A DNA stretch of 64,000 nt from an uncultured Bacteroidales bacterium (lineage in GTDB: Bacteria > Bacteroidota > Bacteroidia > Bacteroidales > DTU049), in contig CAYMAZ010000016.1 in the NCBI GenBank assembly GCA_964388575.1, positions 929-64,928 of the forward strand, given 5' to 3'. Numbering within the stretch: position 1 is the stretch's first letter; each line of letters begins with the position of its first letter. Of the stretch, positions 29,521 to 37,676 are shown one piece after another. Position numbers and translations under genes: made by a program. A model generated the notes under the pieces. It had not been told where the DNA came from and did no database searches. It saw only the letters and a list, made by a program, of their open reading frames with translations.

Positions 29521-29790
29521 GGTTATTATTTCGTTTTAACAACTTTCACCACATTTCTGCCCGAAGGCGTTTCCATAATGCAGAAATACAATCCTTTTGT
29601 AATGCCATCGGTTGAAACATCTATCGAATGTTGCCCTTTATCAATTGAGCAGTTGAATATTCCAAGCACCTGCCTGCCATAGGCATCTGTGAGATAAATT
29701 TTTGCATCTGTTTGCTCAGGTTGTGTGAATGAGATTGTGAATGAATCGGAAAAGGGATTGGGGTGGATTTGAAAGTTTTCTATTTTATGA
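29425..29790 (-). repeat. Duplicated 3' cassette, copy A (T9SS CTD codons, double stop, sORF)
   Basis: It aligns by eye at roughly 85% identity with 32115-32470, and the alignment continues past the stop codon into the downstream sORF. Confidence 0.8.
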
Positions 29791-31313
29791 GAATCTGATT
29801 CAGTAAGATTCCGGTACTCTGGATCATTTTCATTGCTGAAAGAAAAATTATTTTCTGACATGATGCTTTTATTTGAAAAACCCTCACATGGAGTAATTGT
29901 AGCAGTAAATTGTGCCCCTTGTTCAACGGTAAAACCGGGCAGCAGATCTATTGCCTGTCCTGCTTCAAAAATAACTGTATTGTCTTCTTCAATAATAACT
30001 GCAGGACCTGCTGAAATACCAATATCTGCTTTATACAATAGTGGGTCAGGTGCTCCGATAGTTTTGTCCTGAACCAGATATTGATTATGTAAAACAATAT
30101 ATTCCTGGCAACATTCAGGTAATGGGGGTTTCGAAACGGGATTGTAATTGAAATTTGGACCAACATCATTTGTGGGATCATAAGTATGATTTGTTTTTGA
30201 GATAAGGCCATCATATATCTTTGTACCACAGTCATTTGTAATTGTTGCCTCGTAGTAGTAATATGCTGGAGCTAACTCTGTTCCATACAGGTAATGTTTT
30301 CCATTCCATGAAATGATGTTTTGTGGGTTAGGTATATTATATTCCGTAACGACCTCATTACCGGGAATTCCATAAATCTTTAAATGTAGATCAGTTTTAT
30401 TCTTTAAACCAAAAATTGTAAAAGGATTATCATTAGTATGCAATTGATTAATTGTAATATATTCTGCACCTGCTGTGCTGCTGCATCCATTTGAACACAC
30501 AAAGATTACATCATCAATAAGTATATAAACACCGCAATTACTTCCTGATATCCAAGAACTTGGCCTTTGTAGTTCCAATACCAAATATTCAAAATTATTG
30601 TTATTAATGTTTAAAGTTGTACTTACTTTATGCCATGTACCTGTTGGAAAAGAGTTTAACGAAACAGGTATTTGATCAGCAACAATTATATCCTGGTTAA
30701 GTTTGTTTTTCTTTATGCAATAATCTTCAAATTTAGAACAAATACAAGATGAACACCAATAACTACAAGAAGAATTTTGATATTCAATGCTTTTATTGCT
30801 TAGCAAAATATTAATATTAGCAAAATCGTTTGAATATACATTGCTCCAGCCAAATCCAAGATCTGATCCCGTTGCTATCCTAAAATAAAAACTAAGAGTA
30901 TATTCTCCAGTGTTTAAAGGTCTGTCTTGAGAAAAAAAACGTTGTTGTATTAATTCACATGCACCCATCCCGACAAAAGAACCACCACTAATCGGAATAA
31001 TTGTCTCCCATTGCCAGGTTGCTCCGTTCCATATTAATTCTCGGATTGGCCTATTTAAAGAATGAAACCAGTCTGGTGAATGTAAATATATATTATTATA
31101 CTCATCATTTGATTCATCTTCATGACATGTCTGATAATTTGATTGATCTCCCACCCAAACACTTACGTATTCAAAAGATTTGTCAATTTGAGTCGCAGTT
31201 GGAGATGATGGGAAACTATTGTCTTCAAAACTTGCATTATGTGTTATGTATTGAGAAAATCCAAATTGCACTTTGAAAATTAGAAAGAAATATATATAGT
31301 ATTTTAATTTCAT
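29526..31313 (-). CDS. T9SS-sorted secreted protein of unknown function
   Basis: 595 aa with a signal peptide, an N-terminal jelly-roll/CBM-like pattern (NASFED...YILIDDVIF), a Cys cluster (SSCSYWCSSCICSKFEDYC), the pre-CTD motif VIFEAGQAIDLLPGFTVEQGAQFTATI, and a type-A CTD (IHPNPFSDSFTISF...GLYFCIMETPSGRNVVKVVKTK). Confidence 0.8.
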   Translation of the reverse strand: MKLKYYIYFFLIFKVQFGFSQYITHNASFEDNSFPSSPTATQIDKSFEYVSVWVGDQSNYQTCHEDESNDEYNNIYLHSPDWFHSLNRPIRELIWNGATWQWETIIPISGGSFVGMGACELIQQRFFSQDRPLNTGEYTLSFYFRIATGSDLGFGWSNVYSNDFANINILLSNKSIEYQNSSCSYWCSSCICSKFEDYCIKKNKLNQDIIVADQIPVSLNSFPTGTWHKVSTTLNINNNNFEYLVLELQRPSSWISGSNCGVYILIDDVIFVCSNGCSSTAGAEYITINQLHTNDNPFTIFGLKNKTDLHLKIYGIPGNEVVTEYNIPNPQNIISWNGKHYLYGTELAPAYYYYEATITNDCGTKIYDGLISKTNHTYDPTNDVGPNFNYNPVSKPPLPECCQEYIVLHNQYLVQDKTIGAPDPLLYKADIGISAGPAVIIEEDNTVIFEAGQAIDLLPGFTVEQGAQFTATITPCEGFSNKSIMSENNFSFSNENDPEYRNLTESDSHKIENFQIHPNPFSDSFTISFTQPEQTDAKIYLTDAYGRQVLGIFNCSIDKGQHSIDVSTDGITKGLYFCIMETPSGRNVVKVVKTK

Positions 31314-31324
31314 TTTTCTATTGA

Positions 31325-32092
31325 TTAAAATGAATAATGAATATTTAAGTTCACATTATAATATTTATTAAACAAAATTTTTTTATCATCAAAATATATT
31401 CTACTCACAAAAAAGGTAATTCCAGTAGAGAGAGCGAGTTTTGTTTGATTTGTGAATGTGAAGATTTCTTTTCCTACAAGAACTTTTGTGGATAAACAAT
31501 CATATTTTGAAAAATAATCCAAAGTAACTTGTCCTTTGTTTATACTGTTATCAATATTGGTTTCAATTTCTCTGATAATTTTAACAACATCATAGGCAAA
31601 TCCTGCTTTAATAAAGAATGCTTTTGCATTATATCCCATAAGCCCCTGAAGTCCAATGTTGTAAGTGTTTTTTTGATATGATTTAACTAACCTGTGATAA
31701 TCATACAATGAATTATAAAAAATAACTGTATCGGGACTCGATGTTAAGAGTTCTTGTTGTTTTAAAAGATAAACCCCAAAAGAAGTAATAAAATTGGATT
31801 TAAAATAAAAATTGTAAAGGAATGAAGTACTAAAAGTAAATTTGTTTTGATAATCAAACCCACCAAATCTGGAATATTTGGTTAATCCAACAGTGGGGTC
31901 ATCATTTAATGTGTCTTTAGGCATAAATTGTATATGTTTATCTCCAAAATACAATTTGTAATTTCCGCCTAAAGTAAATTCAAAATGTTTTTTATTATTA
32001 TTTTGTGTAGAAGCTTTTAGTTGCTCTACCTGTCCAAATGTAACATTCAATAACCCCCAAAAAAGAAGAATAGTTGAAAATAGTGTTTTCAT
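31325..32092 (-). CDS. Small outer-membrane beta-barrel-like protein
   Basis: 255 aa with a signal peptide, an alternating aromatic/hydrophobic strand pattern, and a C-terminal ...NLNIHYSF (a terminal Phe beta-signal). Confidence 0.5.
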   Translation of the reverse strand: MKTLFSTILLFWGLLNVTFGQVEQLKASTQNNNKKHFEFTLGGNYKLYFGDKHIQFMPKDTLNDDPTVGLTKYSRFGGFDYQNKFTFSTSFLYNFYFKSNFITSFGVYLLKQQELLTSSPDTVIFYNSLYDYHRLVKSYQKNTYNIGLQGLMGYNAKAFFIKAGFAYDVVKIIREIETNIDNSINKGQVTLDYFSKYDCLSTKVLVGKEIFTFTNQTKLALSTGITFFVSRIYFDDKKILFNKYYNVNLNIHYSF

Positions 32093-32114
32093 AAAAATGG
32101 GTTTTAAAAAAACA

Positions 32115-32207
32115 CTACTCTGATAATTCTTTTACCTGCTTCTGCAATTCAATCACATAGAGTGTGAGCTCCTCAATCTTTTTCAGAAGGATTGCGTTCA
32201 TTTTCAT
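32115..32207 (-). CDS. Conserved sORF B (30 aa, MKMNAILLKKIEELTLYVIELQKQVKELSE)
   Basis: The ATG lies 4 nt after the TAA TAA of the S8 protease gene, and the stop lies 22 nt before the next gene's ATG. It is a paralogue of sORF A. Confidence 0.35.
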   Translation of the reverse strand: MKMNAILLKKIEELTLYVIELQKQVKELSE

Positions 32208-32470
32208 TTTATTATTCTGTTTTAATAACTTTCACCACATTCCTGCCAGCTGGCGTTTCCATAACGCAGAAGTACAAGCCTTTTGTAATGCCATCAGTTG
32301 AAACATCTATGGAGTGTTGCCCTTTGCCAAATGAACCGCTGAAAATGCCAAGCACCTGCCTGCCATAAGCATCAGTGAGATAAATTTTTGCATCTGTCTC
32401 CTCTGGCTGTGAAATTGATACTGTGAAGGAATTGGAAAAGGGATTGGGGTAGATTTGGAATAATGTATTT
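32115..32470 (-). repeat. Duplicated 3' cassette, copy B
   Basis: See copy A. It is a direct repeat about 2.69 kb away on the same strand. Confidence 0.8.
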
Positions 32471-34335
32471 TCTAGAGAAAAAATATTATTTTTATCAATT
32501 TTCGTTTTGTTTTCTTCAGAATATAAAGTATCATTATTTACTAACATATTTCTTGGCCCAAAGCCACATGGCCCCTGATCACTTATGTATGCATGAAAAT
32601 ATGTACCGTTTTCTGAACTGCTGCCATATTTTGCGATAATTCTGTTACCTGCAACGACCTCAACGTTAGATAACCAAGGACCTGAATTTTCAAAAACGGT
32701 ATTAGGACCTATTGTAACAGTATTTGAAGCTGTGAATTTTTGAACACCAACAAAAACTTTATTTTCAATTAACATATCAGTTAGAGCAATAGTGTAATAT
32801 GCATTAAGTCTGCCATAACCAAAATCATCATCTCTACCTGCGGGTCCCATATCAGTTGATGATATTGTAATTCTACAATAGACTTCAGATTCAGTTAATG
32901 ATGGGTCAACTGATAGTAAAAGAGCAGCTACTCCTGCAACCTGTGGACAAGCTGCAGATGTACCTGAAAAATTAGTCATGTAATTTCCGTTGTTGTAACC
33001 TGCATTTCCCATTCTATCAATGGTTCTAATATCTTTAATAGAACTATTTGGGCTTGACGGAGCCACTACAGAAAGCTCTGGACCTCCGTTGCTATATGTA
33101 GATAGAACACCTAATTTGCTTACTGCCCCAACAGCCAAAACTCCGGGAGTATTAGCAGGAAAAGAAACCATGGAAATATTCGAAGGACTACGATCGTTGC
33201 CAGATGCAAAGACAACAACACTACCTTTACCATAGCGACCATTAGCCCTTGCAATATTAATGGCATCAACAATATTATTACTCAATGTTGGCCAACTCCA
33301 AGAACAACTTAGGACATCAGCACCAAAATCATCCCATGCTTTCCCGATAGATATTGCAATATGGCTTGCAGTTGTTGCAGAGTTAATTGAAATTGGAATT
33401 ATTTTTACATTTGGGGCAATACCCCTAATCCCGATATTGTTATGTGATGCAGCAATTATTCCAGCAATTGGCTGGCCATGTTTGTTGGATGCTTTCGGTC
33501 TTCCATCACAATTTAAAAGGCAATTAACTGAATAGCCTGACAGTACTCTGCTACTATTATTTTCATCTCTTAAGTCTTCATGATCTTCAACACCTTCATC
33601 AATTACAGCAACTTTAATATTTGGAGAACCCAGAGAAATTGACCATGCTTCGGGAGCGTCAATATCTATATCATTTGTGCATAAAACACCATCTATTGTT
33701 TGACTAAAATTATTTAAGTAAAATTGATCTATGTAAAGAGGATCTGTAGAAAAAGTGACATTTGCAGAAAGGTCAGGTTCTGCCCATTGTGCATAGCCAT
33801 TTTCAAAAATATAATTTGCTAAATCAAAAACATCAATAATGTTTGAAACCTTATATATGAAAACACCATATTTTTCTGAAATAAATGTTGCATTATATTG
33901 AACAAGAAATTCACTTATATCATTAATAGTTTTCCCTTGATTTAACCTAAAAACTATCTTCATTGTTGGCCAGCAACTTGAACCATCGAAAGTTTTGTAT
34001 CCATAAGAAAATCCACTTAGTTCAGAAACTAATATCCCCATGGTGCCAAGAAATATAGGAATATCTTTTATAGATGTTATGGCTGTTAGTCTTGCCATTA
34101 GTGAATCTTCTGCATAATCACCAGGTACATACATATCAATAATTGATGAATTCGTAAAAGTTGATTCAGTATTTTTAAAAGAGTATTCCTCTTTAAAAAA
34201 CAATACAACGGAATTACTATCTCTATTAAGGTAAATTTCACTGCCATCAAAATAATAATATACATCTTGTCCTTCAACAAAAAAAATTGAAGAAAAAAAT
34301 ATTATTATTGTCAAAGAAAATAAATATTTTTTCAT
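32212..34335 (-). CDS. S8 (subtilisin-family) serine peptidase with T9SS C-terminal sorting domain
   Basis: 707 aa from the ATG at 34335 (MKKYLFSL...). The catalytic triad contexts are VAVIDEGV (Asp), HGQPIAGIIAA (His), and GTSAACPQVAGVAALL (Ser). The type-A CTD is nearly identical to that of the 595-aa protein. Confidence 0.9.
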   Translation of the reverse strand: MKKYLFSLTIIIFFSSIFFVEGQDVYYYFDGSEIYLNRDSNSVVLFFKEEYSFKNTESTFTNSSIIDMYVPGDYAEDSLMARLTAITSIKDIPIFLGTMGILVSELSGFSYGYKTFDGSSCWPTMKIVFRLNQGKTINDISEFLVQYNATFISEKYGVFIYKVSNIIDVFDLANYIFENGYAQWAEPDLSANVTFSTDPLYIDQFYLNNFSQTIDGVLCTNDIDIDAPEAWSISLGSPNIKVAVIDEGVEDHEDLRDENNSSRVLSGYSVNCLLNCDGRPKASNKHGQPIAGIIAASHNNIGIRGIAPNVKIIPISINSATTASHIAISIGKAWDDFGADVLSCSWSWPTLSNNIVDAINIARANGRYGKGSVVVFASGNDRSPSNISMVSFPANTPGVLAVGAVSKLGVLSTYSNGGPELSVVAPSSPNSSIKDIRTIDRMGNAGYNNGNYMTNFSGTSAACPQVAGVAALLLSVDPSLTESEVYCRITISSTDMGPAGRDDDFGYGRLNAYYTIALTDMLIENKVFVGVQKFTASNTVTIGPNTVFENSGPWLSNVEVVAGNRIIAKYGSSSENGTYFHAYISDQGPCGFGPRNMLVNNDTLYSEENKTKIDKNNIFSLENTLFQIYPNPFSNSFTVSISQPEETDAKIYLTDAYGRQVLGIFSGSFGKGQHSIDVSTDGITKGLYFCVMETPAGRNVVKVIKTE

Positions 34336-34352
34336 GTTGATAATTTTTAAAG

Positions 34353-35039
34353 TTAGTTTATGAAATTCCATTTATAACTTAATCCTATGTTCATTCCTAA
34401 TCGATAAGGATATATATAAGCACCGTTCAAATGTTCTGAAGGATGTTTTAATCTTTTTGAATTTGTCCAAATCGGTGTAATAAATGTTGGCTCAAAGCTT
34501 AATGCAACTTTATTAATTGAATATTCAATACCTGCTCCAACTAAAAAAAGAATATTATATACCCTTATTCTTTTATCTACGATTATAAATAAATCATAGT
34601 TATATCTTTCGTAGAAGTTAATGTTAAGAACTGGGCCTCCTAACCCATAAAATAAGATTTTTTTTATCTTTCTTGATATATCAAATCTTAACTGACAGTC
34701 AGTTCGGATTGTCTTTGTTTGGAACCAACTTGGATACAAATCTTGTGTTCTGAATACAGGTCTTCCGCTTAAATTATAACTTTCATACCCGTATCCCAAT
34801 CCGGTATATATTGATATTCTGTTTGTTAGCTTAATGTTCGTTTTTGCACCTATTTTGTAATTAAAATTAACAGGAAATTGATGTGAATTAAGAAAATCAT
34901 CGGTAATAGAAGAAAAAAATAATCCAATATTATACTTGTAACTTCCTGAAGAGTTTAAAATTAAAGTATCTTGTGCAAGCAAAAAATTTATTGAAGTACA
35001 ATATGCAACAATAATTAAAATAAAAAATGATTTTTTCAT
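34353..35039 (-). CDS. Small outer-membrane beta-barrel-like protein
   Basis: 228 aa with a signal peptide (ILIIVAYCTSINFLLAQ) and beta-strand periodicity with YGY/GLG turns. Confidence 0.5.
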   Translation of the reverse strand: MKKSFFILIIVAYCTSINFLLAQDTLILNSSGSYKYNIGLFFSSITDDFLNSHQFPVNFNYKIGAKTNIKLTNRISIYTGLGYGYESYNLSGRPVFRTQDLYPSWFQTKTIRTDCQLRFDISRKIKKILFYGLGGPVLNINFYERYNYDLFIIVDKRIRVYNILFLVGAGIEYSINKVALSFEPTFITPIWTNSKRLKHPSEHLNGAYIYPYRLGMNIGLSYKWNFIN

Positions 35040-35147
35040 TAATAACTAATATTTAAAGTTAAAAAATAATAAATAACCATAATATTTCCATGACGATAAT
35101 AATTGTTTTTTCAATTATGCAAATTAATGAGTTTAACCATCTTTAAC

Positions 35148-37055
35148 TTATTGATTTTTCAATAATATTATATCTTTTTTTAAATTTTCAATTTCCTTTT
35201 TCTGTTCAATAATAATCTTATACAAATCAATAATATCAAGAGAATTTTCTTCAACATTCATAATTATACCAGTAAGTGTTTCAGAAACTTTTAATCCATC
35301 CTGTTCAATTTGTCTTTCAGATTGTATTCCTGGTAAGTGTCTGTTAATTTTAAAGTAATTTTCTTTCTCAATATAACTTAATCTTTTATAATTCTCATCA
35401 AATACAAAGTCAGCACAAGTAAAAGGTTCTACAATCCACTCCTTTGATCGAATAGTGCCACATACAGATAAACTATAGCTTGGGTTTGGGCTTGTTCCAA
35501 TCCCCACTATCTCGGAAAACTTAGCCGAACCAACAACATCTAACTCAAACTCCGGGCTTCCCGTCCCAATGCCCACATTTCCGTCATCGGCAAGATGCAG
35601 TATAAAATTTTCTGCCTGTTCGTTAAAATTGTTGCCATAAGGCCGCCAGAAATTTAAACCACCTTTGTTGTTATTGTTAACATCAGGCGGCAAATATTCA
35701 ATGCCATAGTTGCCGTGATCACCAGTTGTTGGGTTTGGCGGAGTATATCCCCACGCCTGATGAAAAAACACACCACTGTTTTCGCCTGAAACCAGAATGC
35801 TGCCATTTCGCACTTCAAGTTTTTGACGAGGCGAAATGGTTCCAATTCCCACTTTGCCGTCAGTGGTAATTCTCATTCGTTCTGAAGCATCAGTATATAT
35901 TCTGAAAGGGGAGGGTGTGCAGGTTCCGATAAAATTATAATCTTCATTGTTTAAGGGCAATGTGTTTCCTCCAATTGTCCAGGGTATTGTATTCTCTGTC
36001 AGGCATGGTCTGAGTGGATTTTCAATATAATTGTACTCAAGATTTGTTATGAATTTGCCATCCTGGTCAACATACACCAGTTTGTAGCTTTTATTTGAAA
36101 GACTGTCAAAATTAAACCCCGGGCCTCCAAGACTGTCAATTTTTAATGAATCACGAATTATAACACTCTTCCCGATTGTCAGGTTTTCTGTAAAAGTACC
36201 GCTTCCTGAAACAGTAAGCTTTTCAGTGGGATTTATTGTGCCTATGCCAATATTTCCGCTTGATTTAAGCCGCAATCGTTCAATATTGTTTGTTCTGAAA
36301 ACAAAATCAGTATTATCTTTTGTTCCGATAAAATGAGTGCCGGGATTTGTTCCATAATTTCCGCTCATTTCCCAGTTTGTAACAGGGGGTTCCTTCAACT
36401 CAAAATAAAGCCTGATGTTTTCACCATTACTGCATGTCCCATTGTCAATAATCAATACAGAATAACTCCCTGCGCCCAGCCCATTTCTGTCCTGAGTTGT
36501 TGGCCCGTCCTTCCACTCATATAAATAGCTTCCTGTCCCTCCGCTTACATCAATATTAATACTGCCGTTAAAACAGCTGATACAACTCACATTATAGCCA
36601 TTGGGATATTTGTAAGCATCCCCATCGGCCATAAGTTCTGGTACTCGATTGGGCTGTGTAAGGGTTACATCGCCGGTAACTGTGTTTAAGTTTGCGTCAA
36701 TCACAGTAACTCTGTAATAACCTACAGGTTGGCCTGAAATGTTTTGAGTCGTGTCACCCGTGCTCCATAAAAAAGAATACGGAGCTTCTCCACCACTGAC
36801 GTTAAGATTAATTATTCCATCCTTGGCACCAAAACAACTTATATTGTAGCCGTTGGAATAGACATGGGGCACAATTTGAATGGTTAATTCTGCATCGGGG
36901 AGGGGTTTGACCGCTTCAGGTTTTTTTGACTCGAACATTCCGTTCATTTTAACATGTGCCGCCGGTTTTCCATATGCTGTAAAACAACACATCACAACAA
37001 CACAACTAATTGATAAACACTGTTTTAGGGGGGGGGGGTAGAAATACTTTTTCAT
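35148..37055 (-). CDS. SprB-repeat / tail-fibre-like surface protein (no T9SS CTD)
   Basis: 635 aa from the ATG at 37055 (MKKYFYPPPLKQCLSISCVVVMCCFTAYG). It has two SprB-type repeats (NGYNISCFGAKDGIINLNVSGGEAPYSFLWSTGDT and NGYNVSCISCFNGSINIDVSGGTGSYLYEWKDG). It has four G(N/K)(I/V)GIGT..P..KL.V repeats. Its C-terminal domain (ADFVFDENYKRLSYIEKENYFKINRHLPGIQS...LYKIIIEQKKEIENLKK) is of the kind seen at the ends of Bacteroidota tail-fibre-like proteins. Confidence 0.8.
   Translation of the reverse strand: MKKYFYPPPLKQCLSISCVVVMCCFTAYGKPAAHVKMNGMFESKKPEAVKPLPDAELTIQIVPHVYSNGYNISCFGAKDGIINLNVSGGEAPYSFLWSTGDTTQNISGQPVGYYRVTVIDANLNTVTGDVTLTQPNRVPELMADGDAYKYPNGYNVSCISCFNGSINIDVSGGTGSYLYEWKDGPTTQDRNGLGAGSYSVLIIDNGTCSNGENIRLYFELKEPPVTNWEMSGNYGTNPGTHFIGTKDNTDFVFRTNNIERLRLKSSGNIGIGTINPTEKLTVSGSGTFTENLTIGKSVIIRDSLKIDSLGGPGFNFDSLSNKSYKLVYVDQDGKFITNLEYNYIENPLRPCLTENTIPWTIGGNTLPLNNEDYNFIGTCTPSPFRIYTDASERMRITTDGKVGIGTISPRQKLEVRNGSILVSGENSGVFFHQAWGYTPPNPTTGDHGNYGIEYLPPDVNNNNKGGLNFWRPYGNNFNEQAENFILHLADDGNVGIGTGSPEFELDVVGSAKFSEIVGIGTSPNPSYSLSVCGTIRSKEWIVEPFTCADFVFDENYKRLSYIEKENYFKINRHLPGIQSERQIEQDGLKVSETLTGIIMNVEENSLDIIDLYKIIIEQKKEIENLKKDIILLKNQ
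37028..37038 (-). repeat. Homopolymer tract C(11) inside codons 6-10 of the tail-fibre-like gene
   Basis: The plus strand reads G x 11. The coding strand reads TAC CCC CCC CCC CTA. Confidence 0.95.
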
Positions 37056-37162
37056 ATATGCGGTATTAAATTTGCCAACAAATATACAAAACTGATCGTA
37101 TAAAATGCAAGTTTTTTTTAATTTTTTTACACTATTGTCCGGGTAAAATTTACGTATTTTTA

Positions 37163-37246
37163 GCCACGAAGCCACTAAGACACTAAAATTCACGAAGTCA
37201 ATGACTTAATCTTTGTGATTTCTTGGTGTCTTGGAGCCTTAGTGGC
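37163..37246. repeat. Long imperfect inverted repeat built from GCCAC(G/T)AAG words
   Basis: The left arm (37163-37197) and the reverse complement of the right arm (37211-37246) match at about 27 of 35 positions, separated by a 13-nt spacer. A related word, GCCACGAATTTCACAAATACCACGAA, lies at 37397-37422. Confidence 0.7.
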
Positions 37247-37676
37247 AATTTTGAAAAATAAGCCTTTAGAAAATACAAATTCAGCTAAGCCAGTATCATC
37301 AATAGAATTCTGAAGTTTGAATGCATTTTATCAGACAATAGTGGTTTTTTTATATAATTTTCTTTTATGAACCGATTTGCTATCACACTTTTCCTTGCCA
37401 CGAATTTCACAAATACCACGAAAAATTGAAGCAATCCAACATAAAATACACCTGTTGTTTTGATAAAAGATGTTTTTAAGAATCCATCCACTTGCGGCGG
37501 AGTAATTCATTATATGCCCCTTTATATGCCTTATATGGTTTAAAAAAGTCCGATGTCCGAAGTCCGAAATCCGAAGCCCGATGATTGGAAGATGAGAAAA
37601 TGAGAACGAAGTCAACTTTTCAATCGAAAAACCTAAGACACTCAATTACAAAATTCAAACTCCCTCCTGCAAAAGT

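Noticed and set aside
29520-29528. sORFs as programmed read-through or frameshift extensions of the cargo genes
   Set aside because: Both cargo genes end in a double stop (TAA TAA). The sORF frame offset relative to the upstream gene differs between the two copies (offset 2 against offset 1), so no single recoding mechanism would join them.
35148-37193. ORF-track N-terminal extensions: 681-aa form here, 9400-10245, 10106-12838, 41108-41902, 56537-57184, 60765-62546, and 32212-34371
   Set aside because: In each case an internal ATG gives a proper signal peptide or a conserved N-terminus. The extension overlaps a neighbouring gene, a promoter box or a repeat, so trimmed starts are reported instead.
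37285-37645. ORFs 37285-37491 and 37331-37645 as genes
   Set aside because: They are overlapping frames running through micro-repeats and inverted repeats, with low-complexity, junk-like translations. They are best explained as translated repeat DNA.
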